Below are positions 18,067-27,744 of a stretch of DNA of 64,000 bases, in pieces. The position numbers and the translations under genes were made by a program. The notes under the pieces were generated by a model that was given only the letters and a program-made list of their open reading frames with translations, did not search any database and had not been told where the DNA came from. Every line of letters starts with the position of its first letter. The stretch's first letter is position 1. Origin of the DNA: a virus (lineage: Duplodnaviria; Caudoviricetes); the IMG/VR virus record IMGVR_UViG_3300014205_005221, positions 64,001 to 128,000 of that record; one strand, given 5' to 3'.

Positions 18067-18770
18067 TTCTCCGACTCCTTGCGGGCCAGATCCCGGGCGC
18101 AGTCCTTGCAGATCGACGGACCTCCACAGCGAGCCCGCGCCCCATCCGGACGGGGATACACGTGGCCGTGACCGGTGTTGGACCCCTCAGAACCCGGCAG
18201 ATCGATGGGCTTCACCGCAGGCTCCTTGTCCTCAGGCGTAGGCATCACCACGGTCGCGCCCACCGGCACCATGAAAATGCGATACGACGGCTCGGGCACG
18301 ACATTTCGATGCCCGCGACACAGGTACAGCTCCGCCGTCACGTTGGGGTCGTCCTCGGCGCGAGCAGACATCAGAGCCCGGACAGGCAGCCCGACCGACC
18401 ACGGCTCCTTGCAGTTGTGGATCATGCACATCCGCGCGCCTCGATGAAGGGCGTACAGGTCCAGGACCGTGACCTTCTTCCAGTTCCGGGCGTAATCCAT
18501 GTCCAGGACAGGCTCGGATTCCCGGATGAACATCACGCCCTGACCGGTCGCACGGTTGAGCTGCCACACCCGCTGCAGTACATCATCGGCGGTGATGCGC
18601 GGAATGTCCTCATCTTCGTCGAGGCAGAACTGCACCACCTCCTCAATGAACTTTCGCGTGTCATCGTGCCACCCGTAGGACCAGAACACCGGCATCGGAG
18701 AGCCCAGCTCCCCGTCAAAATCCATCTCGTAGTCCTGAGTGATTTCCAGAACAGGCTCAGACTCGGTCAC
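18063..18770 (-). CDS. Hypothetical protein with C-terminal Zn-binding motif
   Basis: GHGHVYPRPDGARARCGGP.IC..C motif. Confidence 0.65.
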   Translation of the reverse strand: MTESEPVLEITQDYEMDFDGELGSPMPVFWSYGWHDDTRKFIEEVVQFCLDEDEDIPRITADDVLQRVWQLNRATGQGVMFIRESEPVLDMDYARNWKKVTVLDLYALHRGARMCMIHNCKEPWSVGLPVRALMSARAEDDPNVTAELYLCRGHRNVVPEPSYRIFMVPVGATVVMPTPEDKEPAVKPIDLPGSEGSNTGHGHVYPRPDGARARCGGPSICKDCARDLARKESEK

Positions 18771-19015
18771 GACACACCCGGAATCACGCGCAGCAGCCGC
18801 ACCGACGTGCACGGCCAGCGAGAACCGCATTCACGACACTGACGATCGCGGTGGATGCACTCCTCCTGCTTCTCCACCTCGGTGCCGGGACAGGTGGGAC
18901 ACACCGCTCCCTTCACCACGTGCAGACGGCGCATCTCCTCGACCACCCGATACATCAGCGCGGACAGATCGTTGGTCACCCGCACCGGCTCAGGCACAGC
19001 AATCACACGTTCCAT
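18767..19015 (-). CDS. Hypothetical Zn-finger protein
   Basis: CRECG..WPC.S motif. Confidence 0.6.
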   Translation of the reverse strand: MERVIAVPEPVRVTNDLSALMYRVVEEMRRLHVVKGAVCPTCPGTEVEKQEECIHRDRQCRECGSRWPCTSVRLLRVIPGVS

Positions 19016-19050
19016 CAGGATGTCCTCTCGATGTTCGCCATGCAGCTGTC

Positions 19051-19515
19051 CTACCCTGACTTCTCGACTGTCTTGGCCTCCGCGCGCATACGCTTCGCGT
19101 GAAACATGGTGTCATCCGCAAGATCTTCAGGCATGTTCCTGGCCGCCGCCTCCAGCGCATCCGCAGACTCGCGCAGAGCCCTAGCCCGGCCAGCCGGAGA
19201 CGCCGCGAACGCTTTGCGCGCCGACCGACGCGAGAACCACATCAGCGACGAGTACGCCCCGCACAACAGCCCGATAGCGGCAAGCAGCGGCCAGAACGGA
19301 GCCCCCACAATCGCCGCCACCCACGTGATAGTTACGTCATCCTTGTAATCGCCGAACTCGTCGCGTTTGCGGCCAATCAGCTCATGCCTAGCCTGATTGC
19401 GCGCCGCCAGCACCACGCCGACAACCCACCACAACGCCCACACGTAAATCCAGACAGACAGCACGATGTCCCCGGCCAGCTTGCCGGAACCGTCAATCAG
19501 GAACCACGGAGTCAC
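19051..19515 (-). CDS. Membrane protein
   Basis: Two TM segments with a WP motif. Confidence 0.65.
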   Translation of the reverse strand: MTPWFLIDGSGKLAGDIVLSVWIYVWALWWVVGVVLAARNQARHELIGRKRDEFGDYKDDVTITWVAAIVGAPFWPLLAAIGLLCGAYSSLMWFSRRSARKAFAASPAGRARALRESADALEAAARNMPEDLADDTMFHAKRMRAEAKTVEKSG

Positions 19516-19799
19516 GGTGACACACCGGTATTGGACAAATCAGCTTCCAACGCCTGGCGCAACAACCTCACCGCCGACCGGTACGCCTCCGACTTGAACG
19601 CAGACTCCAGCGACGGAATACAGCTCAGCTGAGCCGCCAGATCCTCGATGTCAGAGACGATCTCCTCGATCAGCGACAGCCGCACTCGCATCCGCACGTT
19701 GTCGGCCGTAAGTTTCAGCGGATCCGTGCGCTCCCCGATATCCGCTGCGCGGGCGAACACCCGGGCAATGCGCTCCTCGACGTCGTCCACGTCAATCAC
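19512..19799 (-). CDS. Hypothetical protein
   Basis: GTGA overlaps at both ends. Confidence 0.6.
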   Translation of the reverse strand: MIDVDDVEERIARVFARAADIGERTDPLKLTADNVRMRVRLSLIEEIVSDIEDLAAQLSCIPSLESAFKSEAYRSAVRLLRQALEADLSNTGVSP

Positions 19800-19933
19800 T
19801 CCCAGAAGTCAAAAAGATCCAGCATGCGCCGACGACGCTTGCGCCCGTACCGAGTCCGCACCCACAGCGTGGCAAACCACAGCGCCGTGCCCACCACGAA
19901 AAACCCGGCCAACCACCACAGCGACTCTGTCAT
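19796..19933 (-). CDS. Small single-TM protein
   Basis: MTESLWWL... TM followed by a basic tail; ATGA overlap. Confidence 0.5.
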   Translation of the reverse strand: MTESLWWLAGFFVVGTALWFATLWVRTRYGRKRRRRMLDLFDFWE

Positions 19934-20367
19934 CCGAACGCCGCCGCCATATGCCATCCCGGGGCCTCGGCGAGCAGCGGAAGCTCCAGACGCTCCATGA
20001 ACGCGTGCAACCGATGCCACCACTCATGCTCGGTGCCCACCGGGAAGAAATCCCGAGGGCTCAGCGGCTCAGGAGAGTACTCACCGGTGGTCAGAGACTC
20101 CGCGATGTACACAAAATGCTTGGTCTCACCGTTGAGATTTCCGTACCAGTCGATACCGCAACCGGCGCCCCGCACCAGATCGCGCAGCTGCTCGTAGGAA
20201 GGATTCTCGATCCCGGCAACCTGCGCCAACCGCTCGTCGTACTCCAGCAGATTGGTGTCACCAGAGAGCAACCACTCCGGGGAACGATCCTCCCAGTCCG
20301 GAGCCATCCCGTCGATGCCGCCGAGATCGGATCCCCAGAAGATGTGTGTCGATACAGAGCTACCCAT
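19930..20367 (-). CDS. Hypothetical protein
   Basis: Leaderless start 7 nt after GGGTAGAA. Confidence 0.65.
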   Translation of the reverse strand: MGSSVSTHIFWGSDLGGIDGMAPDWEDRSPEWLLSGDTNLLEYDERLAQVAGIENPSYEQLRDLVRGAGCGIDWYGNLNGETKHFVYIAESLTTGEYSPEPLSPRDFFPVGTEHEWWHRLHAFMERLELPLLAEAPGWHMAAAFG

Positions 20368-20376
20368 GTCGGTGTT

Positions 20377-20643
20377 CTACCCCTGACCGTTGCGACCCGG
20401 GATGGTTTCGCAGCCCCAACAACACCAGAACCGCAGCGTGCCATCCGCATCCGTAGTGAAATTGCCGTCCTCGATGTCTTCCCAGTCAAAACACCAGGGG
20501 CATAGGATCGCCTCACCGAGCCCGACCGCCTCCAGATACTTGATGTAGTCCGGAACGGACAACGGGGTGTCCGCCGCCTTACACGGCCAGGACACCCCGC
20601 ACACACAGAAATCCAAACGGCTATCCGTCGGAATATGAAGCAC
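20377..20643 (-). CDS. Hypothetical Zn-finger protein
   Basis: CVCG.SWPC, CPWC and CWGC motifs. Confidence 0.6.
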   Translation of the reverse strand: MLHIPTDSRLDFCVCGVSWPCKAADTPLSVPDYIKYLEAVGLGEAILCPWCFDWEDIEDGNFTTDADGTLRFWCCWGCETIPGRNGQG

Positions 20644-20939
20644 TATTCATCCGTCCCCAGCAGATTAGTCACCCGGTTCTGCCGAGCCAACTCCAGCGCC
20701 AGCTTCTCAAACCGGTCATACTCGCGCTCCAAATCTTTGAGCAGCGTGTTATCTCCGTGCGCCATGATCTGCTCCCAGAGCTGCGCCCACCGCAGCGACC
20801 GCATCCAGCCCAACCCGGACGCCGCGAAATGCCGGTGGCGCATACACACCGCCACGCCCTCCACCACGGTAAGCGCCAACGCCTCCTCGCCCTGAGAACG
20901 GCCGGGAAGGTACAGGCAATACGCGCACATCAGATTCAT
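20643..20939 (-). CDS. Hypothetical protein
   Basis: CAYC...C..H; leaderless start. Confidence 0.6.
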   Translation of the reverse strand: MNLMCAYCLYLPGRSQGEEALALTVVEGVAVCMRHRHFAASGLGWMRSLRWAQLWEQIMAHGDNTLLKDLEREYDRFEKLALELARQNRVTNLLGTDE

Positions 20940-20948
20940 GTCAGCCTT

Positions 20949-21044
20949 CTACCCTGACAATCCGGATCGGAGCTGCCGCACTCGCGCGATCAGCAAATGC
21001 CACTCCAGACCCGGAGGCAGATACCGAGGCGAACCGTCCGCCAT
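20949..21044 (-). CDS. 31-aa micro-protein not in the ORF track
   Basis: MADGSPRYLPPGLEWHLLIARVRQLRSGLSG; TGATG start overlap; ends at GGG-TAG motif and fills the gap exactly. Confidence 0.5.
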   Translation of the reverse strand: MADGSPRYLPPGLEWHLLIARVRQLRSGLSG

Positions 21045-21304
21045 CAGGACACACCCGGCCACAGACGCGCCGCCTCCGCGAGCACCGGATTCATCGCAGA
21101 CACCCCGATCGGGGAAGACGCCGCCACCGCCTCCCGAATCTCGTCATCGGTGCAACCCAGGTGATAGAGAGCGATGACGGCCGACACCATTGTGTCTTTC
21201 ACAGACGTGTTCACCCGCTCCGGAGCGCACGCCGCAAACGCCGTGATCACCAACTCGATTGCCTGCACCCGATCAGCAGGCAGCCCAATCTGCATTCCGT
21301 ACAT
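21044..21304 (-). CDS. Hypothetical protein
   Basis: TGATG overlap. Confidence 0.55.
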   Translation of the reverse strand: MYGMQIGLPADRVQAIELVITAFAACAPERVNTSVKDTMVSAVIALYHLGCTDDEIREAVAASSPIGVSAMNPVLAEAARLWPGVS

Positions 21305-22170
21305 CACTTCCCCAACCCGGCATGACGGCGCCACGCGTGATAGGCCACCGCACCCGACTGACTCTGCCAACGACCCACCGAGCCGCAACCACACACCCAC
21401 CGCCAGACGTCAGAACCCTCTTCCCCCGGCAGCTCGAAGCGATGCACACCGAACGCGCTCGACAACCGCACCGACTCCACACACCGCGAACAGTCGCACG
21501 GCCGCGCACCCTCACCGAAAAACTCCGGGGCCAACCCCGACACCTCACCCGGAACACCCTCGACGATCACCATCCCGGCCAACGGATCGACCTTGCGGCC
21601 CTCCCGAGCACGACGAGTCCGCGCATACTCCGAATCCGGCCACAGCAGCATGTCGATGACATCAGCCTCCTCCAGCAACTCCGCCCGGATCAACTCCAAC
21701 ACATCACGATCGAAGTCCACCGCCGACCGATCCAGATCCGGATCCAGCAGTTCCGCCCAGCCCCGACAGCGTGCCGCCAGCGCATCGACGCTCGACCGCA
21801 ACTCGCGCCCCAGCTTCATCAGCGCAGCAGGGTCAGAGCTATTCGAGCCCATCGACGTCGCCACCGCAGCCATGTCGTCAGCGGCTCGCAGAACATCCGC
21901 TTCCAGCCGCTCCCGGCGCTTGCCGTGCTTGCGCTCCAGCGGCTGCCACACCCGGCGCAGCTCATTGTCCGCCTCCACCGAGAGCTTGTCATCGGACGCG
22001 CAGCCGATCAGTACATCGGCAAGATGGCCCAGCGGAGTCCGCCACCCCAGCAGCCGCTCGGCGGTCTCGAACGCCCGGATCAGATCCTTGTTCATACTGC
22101 TGTCATACCGAGCGAGCACAGCATCCACGAACTCACGATGCTTGATTCTCAACCGATCGATCTCACGCAC
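21304..22170 (-). CDS. Hypothetical protein with C-terminal Zn-binding motif
   Basis: CDCSRC and CGCG...H; GTG start overlapping the upstream stop. Confidence 0.6.
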   Translation of the reverse strand: MREIDRLRIKHREFVDAVLARYDSSMNKDLIRAFETAERLLGWRTPLGHLADVLIGCASDDKLSVEADNELRRVWQPLERKHGKRRERLEADVLRAADDMAAVATSMGSNSSDPAALMKLGRELRSSVDALAARCRGWAELLDPDLDRSAVDFDRDVLELIRAELLEEADVIDMLLWPDSEYARTRRAREGRKVDPLAGMVIVEGVPGEVSGLAPEFFGEGARPCDCSRCVESVRLSSAFGVHRFELPGEEGSDVWRWVCGCGSVGRWQSQSGAVAYHAWRRHAGLGK

Positions 22171-22774
22171 GCGGCCACGAATCCACAAGACGACCATCGA
22201 CCCGGGCCTCATGCGCCGAAGCATGATCGAGCACCAGCGAACAGCGATACCCCTCTGCACCCAAAAACGGGATGGGGCTCAGCTCGCCGCACACCCGCGA
22301 AACCTCAGCCTCGAAAGCGCGCAGCGCACACAGATACCCGTCGCGGAAATTGTCGTGCGACTCAGGAGCACGCGGACTCCTACGCAACGCCGCCATCACC
22401 GCACTCAACGAAGACTTCAACCGATCGATCTCGGCGAGCAGCGTCTCCACGTCCACCCGGGAATGGGCGATGAACCGGCCCGTCTCCGCCGGTAACTCCC
22501 CGAACTCCGAAGCCTGCCGGTGATAGTCGCGCGCCTCACAACCCGGACCGGGCTCGGTCAGCACCACCGGAGTCCGCATCGCGTGCATCCACGGAGCGTG
22601 CGCGCAGCCATACCCGTCCCCGCAGTCGCAAAAGTCGTAGTCAGGAATCCACGGACCCGGGATCGCCGCAGCCACCCGCTCCCGGATCGCCACCAGCGAA
22701 TCCCCATGGTCGGGACAATCCACCGACTCCACGAGCTGACCATCCATACGGTGATCGCACACGCAACCAAACAT
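22163..22774 (-). CDS. Ead/Ea22-like protein
   Basis: IRER.AAA.PGPW ... RFIAHSRVDVETLLAEIDRL. Confidence 0.65.
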   Translation of the reverse strand: MFGCVCDHRMDGQLVESVDCPDHGDSLVAIRERVAAAIPGPWIPDYDFCDCGDGYGCAHAPWMHAMRTPVVLTEPGPGCEARDYHRQASEFGELPAETGRFIAHSRVDVETLLAEIDRLKSSLSAVMAALRRSPRAPESHDNFRDGYLCALRAFEAEVSRVCGELSPIPFLGAEGYRCSLVLDHASAHEARVDGRLVDSWPRA

Positions 22775-22776
22775 GT

Positions 22777-22890
22777 CTAATTATCCTCGCTGTCCGGAGC
22801 ACACTCACACGGCCACGTATCACAGTTATCGCACCACCAGCCGGAAAAACTTTCATAACACCCGGAGCAGCGAAAACTCGCATCACTCAC
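22777..22890 (-). CDS. 37-aa Cys-rich micro-protein
   Basis: GTG after AAGGAG: MSDASFRCSGC...CDNCDTWPCEC. Confidence 0.45.
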   Translation of the reverse strand: MSDASFRCSGCYESFSGWWCDNCDTWPCECAPDSEDN

Positions 22891-23017
22891 TTGAAATGCT
22901 CCTTGGAGAACAGACCCTCCGCAGGCTCGACCATCACGTCCCGCCCTCCAAGCACACCGCATCCGGGCCCGGCCAACAGATTCGCCACTTGCGCAACGCC
23001 GCCATGACAAACCCGGA

Positions 23018-23413
23018 TCACAGCGGCCGATAGCGGCGAACCACCGCAGCCAACCACCGAGGAAACCGCTCATCGAGAATGTCTTCCTCCGTGACCACGA
23101 ACTCCGCATCACCGTCCCAGGACACCAACCTTTCCGGAGCAGGATCCGACACCAACCCGGACAGGCACACCCGTTCCACCACAGCCGGATCACCCGGCGC
23201 AGCACGGCCGTAGAGCACCGAAACCGACCGAGCCAGGATCGCACGACCCTCACCAGCCTGAGCCACCCACGCAGCCCCAGACACGGTTACAGACACCTCC
23301 GTGCGCTCACCGAGGAAACCGTGCGAGAACGGAGCAGACGGATTTGAAAGGCGATCATCGATCCGGATGACAAGACCATCGTATGACAGGTCTGCAGCAG
23401 ACTCTTCGCTCAC
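23018..23413 (-). CDS. Hypothetical protein
   Basis: GTG 7 nt after GGGTATGA. Confidence 0.6.
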   Translation of the reverse strand: MSEESAADLSYDGLVIRIDDRLSNPSAPFSHGFLGERTEVSVTVSGAAWVAQAGEGRAILARSVSVLYGRAAPGDPAVVERVCLSGLVSDPAPERLVSWDGDAEFVVTEEDILDERFPRWLAAVVRRYRPL

Positions 23414-23439
23414 ACACCTGTCATACCCGGGGACGGCAA

Positions 23440-23472
23440 CAGGCCCGGCTCCCAAAGCGGAAACCGGGCCTG
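23440..23472 (-). terminator. Hairpin, possible terminator
   Basis: caggcccgg / ccgggcctg. Confidence 0.5.
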
Positions 23473-23521
23473 CAGGCCGCGAGCGGATCAGAGACACCCA
23501 GCGACAGGGGGTAGGACACGC

Positions 23522-23851
23522 CTAACCCGGAGGGGCGAACTCACCACCGATCCGAGAAGACACATCCCGCAACGCCGCCAGCAAATCCGGACGAGCAAGC
23601 AACACATTGACGAACCCGGCGGACTCGCGCAAATGCAGATTCAACGAACACTCCGGATCACAGCCATCCCGGGTAATCGATGCCAACTCCCGGAGCAGAT
23701 CCAGATACGACAAACGCCGATACGAGAAGTTGATGGGCTCCGACAACAACTTGTCCATGGTGATCTCGCCCTCCATCAACGCGTTCGCGCTGATCTCCGA
23801 ACGAACCACAGAATCAGCCCGGATCACACTATCCGGCTCAGGCGCTGTCAT
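23522..23851 (-). CDS. Hypothetical protein
   Basis: MTAPEPD start after GGAGGGA. Confidence 0.6.
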   Translation of the reverse strand: MTAPEPDSVIRADSVVRSEISANALMEGEITMDKLLSEPINFSYRRLSYLDLLRELASITRDGCDPECSLNLHLRESAGFVNVLLARPDLLAALRDVSSRIGGEFAPPG

Positions 23852-24044
23852 CGGTGTCTCCCTCCACGTAGTAGGTGCCGTCCTCACAGCGTGTCACCCG
23901 GGAAGCCCGGCCCGCCAGGAACACCTCGCGCATCCGCTCCGGGGTCCAGATCTCCTCGCCCGGAGCCAGCGTCACCCACACCTCACCCGCCGGAGGAACC
24001 ACACCTCCAGGATGGAAAGACTGATCCGACCCACCATCACTCAC
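23838..24044 (-). CDS. Hypothetical protein
   Basis: FHPGGVVP...LAPGE motif. Confidence 0.5.
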   Translation of the reverse strand: MSDGGSDQSFHPGGVVPPAGEVWVTLAPGEEIWTPERMREVFLAGRASRVTRCEDGTYYVEGDTDDSA

Positions 24045-24153
24045 AGCAACCCCCTCACGCCAACCTTTTCACCGATCACCGGGCAAGTACAGATCTACTA
24101 ACTACTGTGTAGCAGACTTATGTTGGATCCCGGAGCTAGATGGCGGAGCCGTT

Positions 24154-24957
24154 CTACCCGGCCAGGGGGTTCGCTTCGCCGCGACGCGCCCATTCCGAGG
24201 AAAGTTCAGCCTTCAGAACAGCCGTGATCATCGACGCACCCTGTTCTCTAAAAGTCCGAACCCACTCCGTCGCATATGGACTCATCAACGGATCACAACT
24301 GATCTCCGGAAGCTTCCGGGCGATAGCCGCGTCGTCCATCTCCAAGTAGTACGCCATAGCCAGCACGAGCTGGTGTGTTTCCGGCAACCCCTGGATCACC
24401 GCCACGACCTTGTCGCACACGGTATTAGTCAGCGCATCGTCTGCGACATCGACCGGATCCGCAGGCCAAGTGTCCTCTGTGGTCTCTTCCAGAGACACAG
24501 GCATGCGCTGCAGCGCGCCCACCGCTCGCTTCACATCGACGGGCGTGATGCCCACCCGGGCAGCGATGGACTCGGCGGACTCGGCCTCCCACGGCGAGGA
24601 CAGATCCACCCCCGCTGCGAGGATCTGCTTGATCAGAGCCCGCTCACGGCGCGTAGCCGGATCCTGGGAGCGGAGGGCATCAATGACCGCACCGTTGATG
24701 CGGCGCGAGGCGTAGGTGTCGAACCACGACCCCGCTTCGCCCTCGTACGCCTCGTAGCCGTTCTCCTCGCAATACTTCTCCCACCGCAGCGCGGCAGCGA
24801 TCAGACCGGAGATGGCGTACGCGATGATCTCATCACGTTCGTATCCGACTAACCGCTGCCACGCTCGATGGCCGCAGGCGCGGGCAAGGCCCACGCGATC
24901 CTCAACAAGCTTACGTTGCCTGTCCGTCAAACGGACCACGTCATCGGCCATGCCCAT
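24154..24957 (-). CDS. Phage-encoded sigma-70 family factor (group 3, FliA/WhiG-like)
   Basis: Region 2 GLIAAA...FDTYASRRINGAVIDALR, region 3 IAARVGIT...PVSLEE, region 4 LPETHQLVLAMAYY. Confidence 0.85.
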   Translation of the reverse strand: MGMADDVVRLTDRQRKLVEDRVGLARACGHRAWQRLVGYERDEIIAYAISGLIAAALRWEKYCEENGYEAYEGEAGSWFDTYASRRINGAVIDALRSQDPATRRERALIKQILAAGVDLSSPWEAESAESIAARVGITPVDVKRAVGALQRMPVSLEETTEDTWPADPVDVADDALTNTVCDKVVAVIQGLPETHQLVLAMAYYLEMDDAAIARKLPEISCDPLMSPYATEWVRTFREQGASMITAVLKAELSSEWARRGEANPLAG

Positions 24958-24969
24958 TACTCCCCTGTG

Positions 24970-27690
24970 TCAGCTACACCCGCTGGTGTCGCCGCAGCTG
25001 TCACAGGTCCAACAAACGCCAGCCTTGCGCATCGCGATCCCACATCGACCACAGATCGGAGCCTCCAAAGAGAACCCGGCTGTGCGAGGGAGACGCTGCT
25101 CTGCAGGGGTGTGAGCGACTGGCTCGGTCTCCACGGACTCGGCCACCGGCTCCAGAGCAGCTGCACGCTCAGACATGGAAAGCACACCCAGCGCTTCCCT
25201 CTGATCGCGAGAAAGGTAGTCAACTGCAAGGCGCTTGAAGACATAGTCGAGCACAGAACTGGAAAGTCGGATATCGGGGTCCGACGTCATTCCACGCGGC
25301 TCGAACTGCATGCCTGTGAACTTATCTACGAACGATTCCAGCGGAATTCCGTACTGCAATCCGATAGAAACGGCGATGGAGAATGCATCCATCACGCCAG
25401 CCAGCGTCGATCCCTGCTTACCAAGCTTCAGGAAGATCTCGCCAAGCTGACCATCTTCGGTATCCGACGACGTCAGATACCCGCTCGCGCCTCCGACCTC
25501 AAACGATGTCGTGAGACCATTACGACGTGCAGGAAGACGGCGGCGCTGAGGCACGACCACCGGAGCGTCTTCCGCCTTCTTGTCCGCGCTGGTCGCCAGC
25601 GGCTGCGTGGCCTTGCAGCCATCGCGATAGACCGCAAGAGCCTTCAGGCCCAGCGACCACCCGGACATGTAGACGTTGGCGATGTCCTCGACTGAAGCGT
25701 CAGCGGGGAGGTTCACCGTCTTGGAGATCGCGCCAGACAGGAACGGCTGCACCGCAGCCATCATGTTGACGTGCCCCATCGGAGAAATGAACCGCTCACC
25801 CGTAGCGCAATCGAACACTTCGTAATGCTTCTCGTCCAGACCGGGAGCGCCGACAACAGAGTTGTTGTCCTTGACGAACGCGACAATACCCTCGATCTGC
25901 GCAGATGAGTAGCCCAGGTTCCGCAGCGCCGACGGGACCGTCTGGTTGACGATCACCATAGAACCGCCACCGTGCATCTTCTTGTGCTTGACCAGGCTGA
26001 AGTCCGGCTCCACACCAGTGGTGTCACAGTCCATCATAAAGCTGATCGTGCCCGTCGGAGCGAGCAACGAAATCTGCGCGTTACGGAAACCGGTGACCGC
26101 GCCGATGTCCAGCGCGTCCGCCCACTCCTGCGTCGCGAAATCCCGGATACCGACGTCAGTACCCGGAGCCAGCCGCAGGTGCTCGTTGGCCGCAGCGTGC
26201 ATCCCCACGACCTTGAGGTGCGCCTTGGCGTTGCGCGCGTGCCCCTGGTACGCGCCCTTGGCCCGAGCGATGACCGCCGACTGCCGGTAGCTCGTCGCGC
26301 TCATCAGCGAGGTGATCGACGCCGCGATTGCCCGGCCACCCTCAGAGTCGTACGCCAAGCCCATGGCCATGAGCAGCGCACCCAGGTTGCTGTAGCCGAT
26401 GCCCAGCTGCCGGTACTCGCGGGTGACCTTCCCGATCTTCTCGGTCGGGAAGTCCGCAAACGACACCGAGATGTCCATCGACGAGATGACGATTTCAACG
26501 GCCTGCGAGAACTTCAGGTAATCGAAGCGCAGGTCCGGGGTCAGGAACTTGAGCAGGTTCAGCGATGCCAGATTACAGCTGGAGTTATCCAGATGCATGT
26601 ACTCCGAGCACGGATTCGAAGTCGTGATCCGGCCCGACTCCGGACAGGTGTGCCACTTGTTAATCGTGTCACCGTACTGAATGCCCGGGTCCGCACATTC
26701 CCACGCAGCCTTGGACAGCGCCTCGAAGATCCTGCGCGCGGGCAGCGTCTCCGCTACCGAGCCGTCGGTGCGGTTGTGCAACGAAAACATCTTGTCATCA
26801 CGCACCGCCGCCATGAACTCATCGGAGACACGAATCGAGTTGTTCGCATTCTGATACTGAACCGAGTTGTAGTTCTCAGACGCCATGCCCATGTCGAACC
26901 CGGCGGCGGAGAGGGCGCGGATCTTGTCCTCTTCGCGAGCCTTGATCTCGATGAACTTCATGACATCGGGATGGTCCACATCCAGGCAAACGAGCTTCGC
27001 CGCCCGACGATTCGCTCCGCCCGACTGGATCGTCCCAGCGGACGAATCCGCGCCCCGCATGAACGACACCGGACCGGACGCCTGACCACCCGATGAGAGC
27101 AACTCCTTGGAGCCCCGAAGACGAGACAGGTTCACACCCGCGCCGGAGCCGCCCTTGAAGATCATCCCCTCTTCTTTATACCAATCGAGAATCGCCTCCA
27201 TGTCGTCCTCGACGGCCAGAAGGAAACACGCGCTGACCTGCTGCGGAGCCTTGGTGCCGACGTTGAACCACACCGGCGAGTTGTAAGCAAAGATCTGGTG
27301 CAGCAGCATGTAGGTCAGCTCAGCGCGGAACGCATCCGCCGACTCGGTGTCTGCAAAGTAGTTGTTGCGAATACCTTCATCAGCGTACTTATTCGCAACA
27401 CGACCAATAACCTGCTTGAGCGACCACTCCCGATCGGGGGTGCCCATCTTGCCTCGAAAATACTTCGAAGCAACGATCTGGCGCGCATTCATCGACCACT
27501 CAGCGGGGAACTCGGTGCCCAGCTGCTCGAAGTTGATCTCGCCAGTGCGGTAGTCCTTCAAAACGATGTCGGTGCTCTCCCACGCCACCTCAGAGAACGG
27601 ATCCACGCCTGGCTTTGTGTAGACCCGGGTTACGACGATTCCCGTCGGCCGAGTCGAAACTTCATCAGTGGTCTGCACAGACACGAGCAA
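24970..27690 (-). CDS. nrdJ: Class II (B12-dependent) ribonucleotide reductase with C-terminal TSCPD/Zn-ribbon region
   Basis: NSPVWFN, SACF, RRAAK, NPCSEY, CNLASLNL, APTGTIS, ISKTVN and C-terminal CxxC..TSGCS. Confidence 0.95.
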   Translation of the reverse strand: MLVSVQTTDEVSTRPTGIVVTRVYTKPGVDPFSEVAWESTDIVLKDYRTGEINFEQLGTEFPAEWSMNARQIVASKYFRGKMGTPDREWSLKQVIGRVANKYADEGIRNNYFADTESADAFRAELTYMLLHQIFAYNSPVWFNVGTKAPQQVSACFLLAVEDDMEAILDWYKEEGMIFKGGSGAGVNLSRLRGSKELLSSGGQASGPVSFMRGADSSAGTIQSGGANRRAAKLVCLDVDHPDVMKFIEIKAREEDKIRALSAAGFDMGMASENYNSVQYQNANNSIRVSDEFMAAVRDDKMFSLHNRTDGSVAETLPARRIFEALSKAAWECADPGIQYGDTINKWHTCPESGRITTSNPCSEYMHLDNSSCNLASLNLLKFLTPDLRFDYLKFSQAVEIVISSMDISVSFADFPTEKIGKVTREYRQLGIGYSNLGALLMAMGLAYDSEGGRAIAASITSLMSATSYRQSAVIARAKGAYQGHARNAKAHLKVVGMHAAANEHLRLAPGTDVGIRDFATQEWADALDIGAVTGFRNAQISLLAPTGTISFMMDCDTTGVEPDFSLVKHKKMHGGGSMVIVNQTVPSALRNLGYSSAQIEGIVAFVKDNNSVVGAPGLDEKHYEVFDCATGERFISPMGHVNMMAAVQPFLSGAISKTVNLPADASVEDIANVYMSGWSLGLKALAVYRDGCKATQPLATSADKKAEDAPVVVPQRRRLPARRNGLTTSFEVGGASGYLTSSDTEDGQLGEIFLKLGKQGSTLAGVMDAFSIAVSIGLQYGIPLESFVDKFTGMQFEPRGMTSDPDIRLSSSVLDYVFKRLAVDYLSRDQREALGVLSMSERAAALEPVAESVETEPVAHTPAEQRLPRTAGFSLEAPICGRCGIAMRKAGVCWTCDSCGDTSGCS

Positions 27691-27744
27691 GCCTTTCCTG
27701 CAGGTAATGCGCTCAAAGCGTCTTGATGTAAAGCGCCAGATACG

